DNA from: a virus
Strand: one strand, 5' to 3'
IMG/VR virus record: IMGVR_UViG_3300032235_000428
Location: 38,461 to 102,460 of that record
Length of the DNA stretch: 64,000 bases
A program made the position numbers and the translations under genes. Of the stretch, positions 54,509 to 63,196 are shown piece by piece (position 1 is the stretch's first letter; each line of letters starts with the position of its first letter). The notes under the pieces are model-generated. The model made no database searches and was not told the origin of the DNA. It was given only the letters and a program-made list of their open reading frames with translations.

Positions 54509-54970
54509 TTATGCTGCTGTCACATAGTTGGGAATTTCAATACGCTCTACAGGACCCCAACCGATCTTGTATGCTTTCCAGTTACCATTGAGATCATACA
54601 GGTAAGAATACTCTTCAGCAGAGTTACCTGATACAAACTCATCGAAACTGGTGTGCTGGACAGAGACTTCTTCACCACGTTCAGTGTGATAAAGTGGTTG
54701 AGCATCACGGGTTGGGGACATAACCCAACTACCATCAGGGTTCTCTACAATGTTACCATCTGCATCACGTACTGCTGCAGTCTCCCACAGATAAGTTGTA
54801 CGCAGAGATGACATTGAACCACCATCGATGAGTTCCATAACATCATCGCGGTTCTGATAATGCTCTACCAGAGTGCGACCATTGTTCTCTACATAACCAT
54901 CATAGTGGCAATAAACACTGACCACGGTGTGATCAGGGAGTTCATAACCGATGCGTGAGCGAGTTCCCAT
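54509..54970 (-). CDS. Conserved phage protein of the MGTRSRIG...YCHYDGY family
   Basis: MGTRSRIG, SVYCHYDGY, EEYSYLY motifs; ATG at 54970 follows a promoter. Confidence 0.75.
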   Translation of the reverse strand: MGTRSRIGYELPDHTVVSVYCHYDGYVENNGRTLVEHYQNRDDVMELIDGGSMSSLRTTYLWETAAVRDADGNIVENPDGSWVMSPTRDAQPLYHTERGEEVSVQHTSFDEFVSGNSAEEYSYLYDLNGNWKAYKIGWGPVERIEIPNYVTAA

Positions 54971-54995
54971 GGTGTTGTGAGTGGTGAACGAAAGT

Positions 54996-55040
54996 AATTT
55001 AACCGATTGTGGGGGTCTTGTCAACCCCCTTGTGCCAGTT
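54996..55040 (-). promoter_or_regulatory. Early promoter TTGACA-17-TAAATT with AACTGGCACA box
   Basis: -10 at 54996-55001, -35 at 55019-55024, box at 55031-55040. Confidence 0.7.
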
Positions 55041-55243
55041 CAAATATTGGACATGGCAACCAAGCGGTTACGGATATCGTACACCTCCATGTCGTCCATG
55101 TCAAGGGCATCCATATCCACAGGAGCGAACTCCTCCAGATTAATAGTTCCATTTGCATAGATGGGTGCAAAATACAACTCATCACCATCCTCTTGAGAAA
55201 GAGTGTATACACAACCGTGATTGGTGGAAGTAACAAAAATCAT
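55040..55243 (-). CDS. Small early protein
   Basis: MIFVTSTNHGCVYTLSQEDGDELYFAPIYANG. Confidence 0.7.
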   Translation of the reverse strand: MIFVTSTNHGCVYTLSQEDGDELYFAPIYANGTINLEEFAPVDMDALDMDDMEVYDIRNRLVAMSNI

Positions 55244-55267
55244 TGGTCGAATTGCGTTTGCCCCACA

Positions 55268-55327
55268 AATATAACCGTTGGGATCTCTCCTGTCAACTGG
55301 TCCTTGTGCCAGTTCTCTTAGTGTCCT
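55268..55327 (-). promoter_or_regulatory. Early promoter TTGACA-17-TATATT with GGACAC-N-AACTGGCACA box
   Basis: -10 at 55268-55273, -35 at 55291-55296, box at 55305-55327. Confidence 0.7.
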
Positions 55328-55362
55328 TATAGTTGATTATAAGAGGTTCTTATGGTATAATG

Positions 55363-55533
55363 CTACCAATTGTAATCCAAGTCTTCCACATAAGATTTGA
55401 CAGTCTCTGAGGGATTAAGATCAAACAACTTCTCCCAGTTGATGTTACGAGGATCAAAATCTCCGAGAACGTCGAGTTCCAGAGTGACCCTATACTTGTG
55501 CTTCTGTGCTTCGTGATAGACGGTGTTACCCAT
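55363..55533 (-). CDS. Small early protein (56 aa)
   Basis: Hand-translated MGNTVYHEAQKHKYRVTLELDVLGDFDPRNINWEKLF...SYVEDL. Confidence 0.65.
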   Translation of the reverse strand: MGNTVYHEAQKHKYRVTLELDVLGDFDPRNINWEKLFDLNPSETVKSYVEDLDYNW

Positions 55534-55559
55534 GAGAACTTTATGTGTGAACTGTGTTT

Positions 55560-55588
55560 ATTCTACATGACAGTGCATAAGATGTCAA
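55560..55588 (-). promoter_or_regulatory. Sigma70 promoter TTGACA-17-TAGAAT
   Basis: Near-consensus; divergent from the + strand promoter pair. Confidence 0.75.
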
Positions 55589-55598
55589 GGGATGCACG

Positions 55599-55786
55599 AT
55601 CTTGTCGAGATCACATCATGTATCTAGTCGAGATGTGTATTATAATGATACTGTTATATTATGATATCATGACATGCACATCTCGTCGAGATCTTATGAT
55701 AGTATCGTCGAGATCTTATGATATAATGATATCGTTATATGATTGTGTAATCTCGTCGAGATATAACCGTGCAGTCTCGTCGAGAT
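55599..55786. repeat. Array of six 13-bp near-palindromes (consensus ATCTNGTCGAGAT)
   Basis: Starts at 55599, 55622, 55680, 55702, 55750, 55774. Confidence 0.9.
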
Positions 55787-55794
55787 CCTGGGAG

Positions 55795-55883
55795 TTGACA
55801 AACGGGGGCGTGTGTGGTAAAATGCCGCGTCCTTATATTTTTATGGCGGGGGTCTTGACATTTTTTCGCGGTTGTGCTATAAT
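55795..55883 (+). promoter_or_regulatory. Tandem + strand sigma70 promoters
   Basis: TTGACA-17-TAAAAT (55795-55823) and TTGACA-17-TATAAT (55855-55883), both with an extended TGn. Confidence 0.85.
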
Positions 55884-55914
55884 ACGCAGTCTAAGATCAC
55901 AAGGATCTGGCACG

Positions 55915-55963
55915 ATTATAAGGAATTATAAGAGATATAAGAGAGATTATAAGAGAGATATAA
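55915..55963 (+). repeat. Tandem TATAAG(AG)n repeats at the start of an AT-rich non-coding tract
   Basis: GATTATAAGGAATTATAAGAGATATAAGAGAGATTATAAGAGAGATATAA. Confidence 0.75.
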
Positions 55964-56067
55964 ACTCTACAATACTATCATATAACACTACTGTAATACA
56001 ATACTATAAGAGAAACAAAACACACATATATGTTTTTTAATACATTTTTTAATATAAAAAACAATAA

Positions 56068-56616
56068 TTAAACACTATATTGGTTATTTTCCTCATAACT
56101 ATCATAACCACAGTGACCTCTTACTTGCTCACTATCAACACTATCATCAATCATTAGATCATTCATTGTAAGAGTATTAGGATCATAGTCTTTTACTGAA
56201 TTAAAAGTAAAAACACTTTGTTCATCATTAACATCATACTCTTCATATGCTTTCTTTACATAATCAAGATATTGATCAAATAACTCTTTATCAGTCATAG
56301 ATGTAAATTGATGATTATGATCAATAACCTTTTTAATTAACTTACATCTTGTTTCCCATGAGATCTTTTCAGTTTTTAGTGTATTGAACTTATCTCTATC
56401 AGTTAGACTATTATCCTCTACAACACTTTTAATATAAGCAATATCTTTCTTTACCATCATATCACATTGATGGCAATATGATATTTTAATCTCATCTAAT
56501 TGATTTTGCATATGAATTAGATACTCACGAATTAGAACTGATTCTCTTTCTTTTGAGAGATCAAACATAATATCATTAGTTAAATCATCAACAATTTTAA
56601 GTCTATCTAATTTCAT
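56068..56616 (-). CDS. Hypothetical protein
   Basis: 182-aa ORF, AT-rich, no motif recognised. Confidence 0.6.
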   Translation of the reverse strand: MKLDRLKIVDDLTNDIMFDLSKERESVLIREYLIHMQNQLDEIKISYCHQCDMMVKKDIAYIKSVVEDNSLTDRDKFNTLKTEKISWETRCKLIKKVIDHNHQFTSMTDKELFDQYLDYVKKAYEEYDVNDEQSVFTFNSVKDYDPNTLTMNDLMIDDSVDSEQVRGHCGYDSYEENNQYSV

Positions 56617-56647
56617 AATTGAATGAATGTACTACTGATTACTTATA

Positions 56648-57130
56648 CTATTTCTCCAATTCAATTGTATAATGCGTTGTTGATCCACCTAGATCATGAC
56701 TAATTGTTTCACTATAAGATTTAATTCTAACCTCACCTTTTTTAACCTTTTCTAATACATTAATAACTGATTTTGTTTGACTATCAGTAATCTCACGATA
56801 CTCTTTTATTTGTCTTTCTACTTCCTCTTTGATTACATCCTTAATATCCTTACCATCGATCATAAGAGATGATTTAATTGATGGATTAGATGTAACGTAA
56901 ATATGATCATCATCACCACCTTCACCATAACAATATCCAGAAGGAAATGGTGTTCCTAATGAGATAGTATCATTACTTGCACTACCATAGATATAAGATG
57001 CTGTTGATGATGCACCAATGATTGTATCATTATTATAAAACTCAAGATATTCTGCTTTAATATCTTTCTCTTCTTTTGGTTCTATTTTAGGACCATAGAG
57101 TTCATCATACTTTTCTAATAATGGATTCAT
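56648..57130 (-). CDS. Hypothetical protein
   Basis: 160-aa ORF, MNPLLEKYDELYG. Confidence 0.65.
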   Translation of the reverse strand: MNPLLEKYDELYGPKIEPKEEKDIKAEYLEFYNNDTIIGASSTASYIYGSASNDTISLGTPFPSGYCYGEGGDDDHIYVTSNPSIKSSLMIDGKDIKDVIKEEVERQIKEYREITDSQTKSVINVLEKVKKGEVRIKSYSETISHDLGGSTTHYTIELEK

Positions 57131-57131
57131 A

Positions 57132-57299
57132 TCAATCAGGAGTTAGATGTTTGTACTGTAGTTTATCCATATAATCATAAAGAGTTTGATCATTATAAAA
57201 CTCATAAAACCTTTGTGGATTATATGCTTTTAATTTAAGAAGTAGATTAACCCATTGATAATCACAATCTACTTCATAACCATAATGTCTTTCATTCAT
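57132..57299 (-). CDS. Hypothetical protein (55 aa)
   Basis: Hand-translated MNERHYGYEVDCDYQWVNLL...NPQRFYEFY. Confidence 0.55.
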   Translation of the reverse strand: MNERHYGYEVDCDYQWVNLLLKLKAYNPQRFYEFYNDQTLYDYMDKLQYKHLTPD

Positions 57300-57330
57300 A
57301 TGAGTTAATATTTTCGATCATTATAACAGA

Positions 57331-58116
57331 CTAAGTTCTTCTTGGCAAATTAAACTTGTCAATGATTTTATTTGCTGTAACATTATAAGTCTCTCTTCCT
57401 GGATGAGCAATGTAAACCCCATCATCACATTCTCTCATATCTCTACCATTATCAATTTGTGCAATGAAATCACACTTTAAAATATCTTTAACATCTTTAA
57501 AAAAAGTAAATTCATAATATTGTGTTCTTTCCTTCCACAACTCATTTGTGATCTTTACTGTAAATTTGAAATGAGTAAGGTTATTATATGGATTGTCATT
57601 CCATTCCTTAACTAAGGTCTCATATTTTCCAGTTGTCCAATCTCCCAAATTAAAAACATAATCTCTATTATAATATGCAAATCTTGATGGTGTACTCCAC
57701 ATTGATACAATATACTTCGGTGCAGGGAATGACTGTATTAATAACATTGAATTATGTAATGTTAATATTGGTGATGCTCCACTTATACCAAGATTAATTG
57801 TTGGAATTCCAGTCATTCTTTCTATTTGAGAGGATATAGTCTCTTCTTCACTTACACCAACACCAAATACCATTGAATCACCAAAGATAACGATTGAATT
57901 TTCCCAATCAATCTCATTCAATTCTTTAGTTCGATATCCTAAACTATTCAGATCATATTTAACATGATGAGTTCGATAATGCCAATCTCTTGGTTGTTTC
58001 ATGATGTTCTTTTTATACAAATCATGACTATCTGGTTCATACCACAAACCAGATGTAATGTTCGCAGGAAGTAACGTATTATAAGTATCAATTGTTTCAA
58101 ATATACTTCTTTTCAT
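57331..58116 (-). CDS. SGNH/GDSL-fold protein (third, divergent copy)
   Basis: YDLNSLGYR, VIFGDSMVFGVGV, INLGISGAS, AHPG. Confidence 0.7.
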   Translation of the reverse strand: MKRSIFETIDTYNTLLPANITSGLWYEPDSHDLYKKNIMKQPRDWHYRTHHVKYDLNSLGYRTKELNEIDWENSIVIFGDSMVFGVGVSEEETISSQIERMTGIPTINLGISGASPILTLHNSMLLIQSFPAPKYIVSMWSTPSRFAYYNRDYVFNLGDWTTGKYETLVKEWNDNPYNNLTHFKFTVKITNELWKERTQYYEFTFFKDVKDILKCDFIAQIDNGRDMRECDDGVYIAHPGRETYNVTANKIIDKFNLPRRT

Positions 58117-58924
58117 TCGTTATAACTCCATATGCTCTGATATTTGTCATATTTGCATTTGTAAGATTAGAACCTGTTAAATCTGTGACATACAGTTTTG
58201 CACTCATTAGATTTGCACCACTTAGATTAGCATTTGTTAAATTAGTATTTGTAAGATTTGTATACTCCAAATTCACATTATTTAACTCAGCATTCATTAG
58301 ATTGACATCTTCTAACACTGCTCCATTTAAATTAACACCAGTAAGATTTGCACCATTTAGATCTGCATTTGTTAGATTGACACTAAACAAATATGCATTA
58401 CATAACTTCGCATTCTCTAAATTGGCATTCTTTAATATGGCATCATCTAAATGTGCATACTGTAAATCAACATTTGGTAATTGTGCATTTTCTAAATTAG
58501 CACCATCTAAATTAGTACCCTTTAGAATAGCATCAATAAAATAGCAATTCTTAAACACAGTATACTGTAACCTGGCACCATATAAATTAGCATCCGATAA
58601 ATTGGAATTGGATACATCAGCAAATGTAAGATCAATACCAACCATATTAGCACCACGCAAATCTACGCCACGCATCACTGCATCACGACTATCACATGCA
58701 CTTAGATTAATATCCTTTAAATTTGCACCATCAAAGATTGTATAACGAAGGCGAGCACCATATAAATTTGCATGGCACAAATTTGCAGATGATAGATCTG
58801 TGTTTCTCAGATCAGCACCCACAAGATTTGCACCTTTTAAATTAATTCCTTTTAAATCTAAACCAGATAGATCAGCATTGACTAAATTAGCATCTGGTTT
58901 TAATTCATATCCATTGATATTCAT
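58097..58924 (-). CDS. Pentapeptide repeat protein
   Basis: Dozens of A(N/D)Lxx repeats. Confidence 0.92.
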   Translation of the reverse strand: MNINGYELKPDANLVNADLSGLDLKGINLKGANLVGADLRNTDLSSANLCHANLYGARLRYTIFDGANLKDINLSACDSRDAVMRGVDLRGANMVGIDLTFADVSNSNLSDANLYGARLQYTVFKNCYFIDAILKGTNLDGANLENAQLPNVDLQYAHLDDAILKNANLENAKLCNAYLFSVNLTNADLNGANLTGVNLNGAVLEDVNLMNAELNNVNLEYTNLTNTNLTNANLSGANLMSAKLYVTDLTGSNLTNANMTNIRAYGVITNEKKYI

Positions 58925-59106
58925 TAGTTTAAAAATCTTCTCTTTTCCGTATCAAATTGTGCCCATCTAGCATCTTTCATATTCAGACACATTAAGATTG
59001 TTTCATGTTCTCTGTGCTCTCGTGGCGTGTTACGATACATATGTCTTCGCTGATAAGCACAACACCATACATTACGATAAATCTTTGCCTTCTCCGTCAG
59101 TTCCAT
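58924..59106 (-). CDS. Hypothetical protein
   Basis: KAKIYRNVWCCAYQRR...EHETILMCL. Confidence 0.65.
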   Translation of the reverse strand: MELTEKAKIYRNVWCCAYQRRHMYRNTPREHREHETILMCLNMKDARWAQFDTEKRRFLN

Positions 59107-59251
59107 TCTCTTTCAGTTCTTTTAAATAATCACTAATTAAATTTTGAAAATCACTCTCTGTCCAGTCATTAAAAACGCTTTCTGTTGGATCATTCTCATC
59201 CCATGAAATATCAAATGATCCGTCATCTCTTTGTGTTACTTCAATAGTCAT
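59072..59251 (-). CDS. Small acidic protein (59 aa)
   Basis: Hand-translated MTIEVTQRDDGSFDISWDENDPTES.FNDWTE.DF. Confidence 0.65.
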   Translation of the reverse strand: MTIEVTQRDDGSFDISWDENDPTESVFNDWTESDFQNLISDYLKELKENGTDGEGKDLS

Positions 59252-59252
59252 T

Positions 59253-59444
59253 TTATTCTAATACCTCAAAATCTTCAAATTGATCAGATGATACTTCGTG
59301 CTTACCATCAATAAGATACCAATGAGTTCCATCACGTTCACCAAGATATTTCATTTGATCTTTACTGAAAGTATTTTCTCTCATTGCTGCTTGAATTTTA
59401 TAATGAATTAATTCTGATTTATTTGGTACATTCATAATCATCAT
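59253..59444 (-). CDS. Hypothetical protein
   Basis: ELIHYKIQAAMREN.F...HWYLIDG.HEV. Confidence 0.65.
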   Translation of the reverse strand: MMIMNVPNKSELIHYKIQAAMRENTFSKDQMKYLGERDGTHWYLIDGKHEVSSDQFEDFEVLE

Positions 59445-59769
59445 CCCATGGTGCTTTTTTGTTTAATATCTCACGAAATCTTTCTTGTACTTTTGGATCT
59501 GGTGGTTCGTTCAAGCGTTCTACAAGTGCATCAAAGTTTTCTTTTGGTAATACAATACGCTCAGGTGGATAAGAACCCTTGCCCCAATACTCTTCAAAGT
59601 TATACACATATTCCATGTGTTGCCATCCATGATTCAGAGAATGCCAGAACTCTCCCCATACATGATAATCATCAAAGCGAAATCCTTCATGAGAGATTAA
59701 TCGATACCACCACCAGAATGGTGTATACTTAATCGGTTTAAATCCGATTATCCACTTGTTTAAGACCAT
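59419..59769 (-). CDS. Hypothetical protein with DUF1778-like C-terminus
   Basis: PERIVLPKENFDALVERLNEPP...KAPWD. Confidence 0.6.
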   Translation of the reverse strand: MVLNKWIIGFKPIKYTPFWWWYRLISHEGFRFDDYHVWGEFWHSLNHGWQHMEYVYNFEEYWGKGSYPPERIVLPKENFDALVERLNEPPDPKVQERFREILNKKAPWDDDYECTK

Positions 59770-59990
59770 CTACCTAACCTCAATTTACGTTCAGGTGAAA
59801 TCCATGGATTATAAGGATCATCATAAGGATAGATATACTCACACATCCAACCCCACGATAATGCCTCCCAGAAGTCATCATAACCATAAGGTTCTGGAGT
59901 ATTATAACATGACATGATATATGAGATGTTACAAAAACCTTCAATAAACCATTCCCATTTGGTCATCTGCCAGTATTCTTTCCAGGTCAT
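59760..59990 (-). CDS. Trp-rich hypothetical protein
   Basis: Overlapping gene chain. Confidence 0.6.
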   Translation of the reverse strand: MTWKEYWQMTKWEWFIEGFCNISYIMSCYNTPEPYGYDDFWEALSWGWMCEYIYPYDDPYNPWISPERKLRLGRWS

Positions 59991-60175
59991 GGCGTTTCAT
60001 CACTCCAATAGTATCTCAATTGATCACCAGTGATATTTAAATGATAAATCTTACCATCTTGTCCATAAACACCAATCCACAGTGCTCGTTCATTCATACT
60101 TTCCAGGTGAAACAACTTCACCTCTTCCAGTACAATTTCATCTGGGTTTTCAGTCCAATTTACTAATTTAGTCAT
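59987..60175 (-). CDS. Hypothetical protein
   Basis: ENPDEIVLEEV.LFHLESMNER.LWIGVY. Confidence 0.65.
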   Translation of the reverse strand: MTKLVNWTENPDEIVLEEVKLFHLESMNERALWIGVYGQDGKIYHLNITGDQLRYYWSDETP

Positions 60176-60614
60176 TTTCTTTTTGTAAATAATTTACTAA
60201 TTTCATTACACCATCTAAATTATCTCCCAACCTTGCTAGAGCACTATTACAACCAGAACATAACCAACCACGAAACTTTCCAGTTTCATGGTCATGATCA
60301 CAAAATAGTTTTTGATCTTTTCTGTCACATAGTTCACATGCAGTTCCTATAGGAGGTCTTTTCAAACCTTCCTTTTTCATCAACATTCCAGCAGCAGAAG
60401 AGTTTGCAGGACCATCTTTAGATCTACACTTGGCACATTCACTTCTATACCCATCAACATATCTCGGGTGTCTCTTTCCTTTCCATCCAGGTTTTTCACC
60501 AGATTTATGAAACTCTACAATAGGTTTTGTTTTTCCACACAATCTACATGTTTTTGTTGGTACATTATTTACTGAATTATTAGTTTCAATATCCAATAAT
60601 GTAAAAATGTTCAT
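60168..60614 (-). CDS. Endonuclease VII-type His-Me nuclease (possible free-standing homing endonuclease)
   Basis: N-terminal CRLC...ECAKC zinc finger; CELC...DHDHETGKFRGWLCSGCNSALARLGDN. Confidence 0.85.
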   Translation of the reverse strand: MNIFTLLDIETNNSVNNVPTKTCRLCGKTKPIVEFHKSGEKPGWKGKRHPRYVDGYRSECAKCRSKDGPANSSAAGMLMKKEGLKRPPIGTACELCDRKDQKLFCDHDHETGKFRGWLCSGCNSALARLGDNLDGVMKLVNYLQKEND

Positions 60615-60781
60615 AACAATTCGTGTTTCATTCCCATCAGTTTACCATAGATTTTAGCATAGAACAAATGAATAAACTTATCGTTGTCATCCCGTAACAT
60701 TTGACCTTTGACCAGTGCCATCAATGCTTCAATCTCATGATGGTTCCAATCACCATCTACATTATGTTCAGTGACTTCCAT
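60611..60781 (-). CDS. Hypothetical protein
   Basis: MEVTEHNVDG...YAKIYGKLMGMK; internal ATG coupled to the upstream stop. Confidence 0.6.
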   Translation of the reverse strand: MEVTEHNVDGDWNHHEIEALMALVKGQMLRDDNDKFIHLFYAKIYGKLMGMKHELL

Positions 60782-61083
60782 TATGAGTAATTGAAATGTA
60801 AATGTGTTTCCCAAGTAAATGCTGGTTGGTCTCTATGAGAAATCATTTCTGCAACAAAATATGGAATGAACCTTGTATATTTGTCTAGAAACTCTCTCTC
60901 TGTAAGTTCATCAAATCCGTGCATATAATGATCACAATCAACAAACTTTGCAAACTTTTCATATTCACGGTCTCTATCATCAACTCTTTGATAGTTGCGA
61001 CAGATCTTCAACCAGAATGAACGACCTTCACCAGTCGCACAATAATCAATCGCAAAGAAACGATAGAATGGTTTGTCACTCAT
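60781..61083 (-). CDS. Hypothetical protein
   Basis: FFAIDYCATGEGRSFWL...LHFNYS. Confidence 0.65.
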   Translation of the reverse strand: MSDKPFYRFFAIDYCATGEGRSFWLKICRNYQRVDDRDREYEKFAKFVDCDHYMHGFDELTEREFLDKYTRFIPYFVAEMISHRDQPAFTWETHLHFNYS

Positions 61084-61597
61084 TGTTCTTCCTCACTCTT
61101 GCAAGAAACTCATTACTCTGTTGATACAATCCTGCAATCAAATCCTTGATGTCATCAATTGCAATCACAGTATACTCCACATTCATATTTTCACAGATGA
61201 GTGCGTCAACCATACATTCCAATGCCATTGCTTGCATATGCTCTGGTGTGATTGGTGTGCCATGTGGCATCCCAGAGCATTCATCATTGTAAAATGCATT
61301 ATATCGTCGAAGAACAGTTTCACTTCGTTCTTTGCGTTCCCATTCTTCTTTTTCAATTGCTGCAAGTTGTTGAAGTGCATCACCATTTTCATCATAAAGT
61401 TTATCAAGAGCATCAAGTGCCTTGCGTTCTTTCTCACGACGCTCTGCTTCTTCAAACATAGCATCAGGATAGGGTTCTTGGTTTCTCATAAGTTCTTTTA
61501 ACCTTTGTTTACCATACTCTGTAAGTTCATGTTTCTTGGTGCGAAGTTCATCAACTTCCTCTTGTGTGAGATTTACCCATGGCATGTCTTCATTCAT
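61076..61597 (-). CDS. Hypothetical protein
   Basis: 173-aa ORF in an overlapping chain. Confidence 0.65.
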   Translation of the reverse strand: MNEDMPWVNLTQEEVDELRTKKHELTEYGKQRLKELMRNQEPYPDAMFEEAERREKERKALDALDKLYDENGDALQQLAAIEKEEWERKERSETVLRRYNAFYNDECSGMPHGTPITPEHMQAMALECMVDALICENMNVEYTVIAIDDIKDLIAGLYQQSNEFLARVRKNNE

Positions 61598-61851
61598 TTG
61601 TTCTTCTCACAATACAGGAAATACTTGTACTCTGCAACTTGATGTGGTGCATATCTTACGACATCACACTCTTTATACTTATCAACCACTTCAAATGATG
61701 CAGAGTTGATTGGGTTATCCCCAGAGGCAAAGTAAGCAAGTGCAATCAGAATAATGATGAATACAGCAGAGGCACCAAGAAATACACCAACACCACGCAG
61801 AAACTCTTTGAGAGCATACTTATCTTCTTCAGTCATTTTGCTCCACAGCAT
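61594..61851 (-). CDS. Small membrane protein
   Basis: One TM helix, then FEVVDKYKECDVVRY...YFLYC. Confidence 0.65.
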   Translation of the reverse strand: MLWSKMTEEDKYALKEFLRGVGVFLGASAVFIIILIALAYFASGDNPINSASFEVVDKYKECDVVRYAPHQVAEYKYFLYCEKNK

Positions 61852-62017
61852 ACTCTTCCTGCTGTTCTAACTTTCTTTCAAGTTTCTCAATTCTATCACA
61901 CAACTCGGTGATAATACAAATCAAAGAAGGATAGCAAATAGTTTCAGTATCATTCCCATCCTCCATATCAATATATCGGTGATGGCAAAGTTCTTTGGCA
62001 AAGTTGCGTTCAGTCAT
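61829..62017 (-). CDS. Hypothetical protein
   Basis: Overlapping chain. Confidence 0.55.
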   Translation of the reverse strand: MTERNFAKELCHHRYIDMEDGNDTETICYPSLICIITELCDRIEKLERKLEQQEEYAVEQND

Positions 62018-62724
62018 CGTAGCATCCCCTTAATTTTTTCAAGACAATGATTAAATCCATCCACAAGTAATTCAGTATCTACATTCTGACTTCCTGCTGC
62101 TGATTGTTCTTTCGGCAACCATTCTTCTACTGCGGATACAATATCATCACAAGTTGCTGAAATATAATCATATTTGTTTGACAAAATATTCCAGAGTTTT
62201 TGAGATTTATGTTTCTCAATTAACCTATTCACAACCTCATCCATAGGTTTTAGATTGTCTTTCTCATCCCAATATGCTCTCACATTCTTATAAGGTTCAT
62301 CAACTACATCATCATACTTACCTTTTTTTACATCATTAAACCACACACCTTCAAGCAAACGACTAGTTTCACCATCAGTAATCTGCACCAACATTATACC
62401 ATCACCAGTATGCTTTCTCTTATACCAAGTATGACTTTCATCATTAAATTCAAGACGATAATAATTCTCATTATTATAAAAGACAATCTCAAACTTTCCA
62501 CCAAGTTCAAAGTTCATTCTTGGTTGAGATTTATGTGTCTCAATCTCTTTGAGGAGTTCCAGTTTCTTTTGAAGCACTTTGATTTCTGCTTCTGTTTTTT
62601 CAATATCAGTCATTTCACGAATGTGTAGTTGTGTTTTAGGTGCTACTGTTCCCAATCTACCACTTGCTTCAAGTTTTATGGTAGTTTCTCCACTTGGTGA
62701 TGTGATTTTAAGGTCAGTCATCAT
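62014..62724 (-). CDS. Hypothetical protein
   Basis: IEKTEAEIKVLQKKLELLKEIE coiled coil; C-terminal VEEWLPKEQSAAGSQ. Confidence 0.65.
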   Translation of the reverse strand: MMTDLKITSPSGETTIKLEASGRLGTVAPKTQLHIREMTDIEKTEAEIKVLQKKLELLKEIETHKSQPRMNFELGGKFEIVFYNNENYYRLEFNDESHTWYKRKHTGDGIMLVQITDGETSRLLEGVWFNDVKKGKYDDVVDEPYKNVRAYWDEKDNLKPMDEVVNRLIEKHKSQKLWNILSNKYDYISATCDDIVSAVEEWLPKEQSAAGSQNVDTELLVDGFNHCLEKIKGMLR

Positions 62725-62786
62725 CAGAACTCCAAGTATTCATTTTGGTGCTTACATTACTACTTTCCCAACCTTCATCAAGTGTC

Positions 62787-63113
62787 CTACATACCCAAGA
62801 GTTTTTTGTCGGCATCACTCAAAGAAGCAAGGTCTTTCTTGAGTTTTTCAAGTTTTAGTTCCTTTGCCTTTGCTTTTACTGCCTTTTCTTTCTCCAGTTG
62901 TTTCATTCTCTTATTGTATTCTTTGTCGTTTTCTTCACGATGCTTGTAAAGATAATACTCTACAGCACCATCATAACCATAATGTTCTACTTCTATACCT
63001 TCCCAACCAGCATCCAAATCTTTTTGGAGTGAAGCAATAATACTCTCAAGAGAACCTTCAAAGTCCCCCCAATACCTTTGAGTTTCTTTGACTTTGATGC
63101 GTTTGATAGTCAT
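62787..63113 (-). CDS. Hypothetical early protein
   Basis: ORF after an early promoter; REENDKEYNKRM coiled coil. Confidence 0.7.
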   Translation of the reverse strand: MTIKRIKVKETQRYWGDFEGSLESIIASLQKDLDAGWEGIEVEHYGYDGAVEYYLYKHREENDKEYNKRMKQLEKEKAVKAKAKELKLEKLKKDLASLSDADKKLLGM

Positions 63114-63138
63114 AAGAAGTTTCTGTGTGTATGAAAGT

Positions 63139-63196
63139 ATTATAAGGCAAAAAGGGCACCTGTGAAGTGCCCTTGTGACGGTTTCTCAAGTGTCCT
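63139..63196 (-). promoter_or_regulatory. Early promoter (-10 TATAAT, hairpin over -35, GGACACTT-N-AACCGTCACA box)
   Basis: -10 at 63139-63144, inverted repeat AAGGGCAC/GTGCCCTT, box at 63174-63196. Confidence 0.7.

Noticed and set aside
55599-55786. Possible CRISPR mini-array
   Set aside because: Repeats are only 13 bp and degenerate, with irregular 9-45 nt gaps; no cas genes.
55498-56040. 180-aa + strand ORF with repeated SSR/YKRD peptides
   Set aside because: Translation of the 13-mer and TATAAGAG DNA repeats; it spans the promoters, so it is probably not protein coding.
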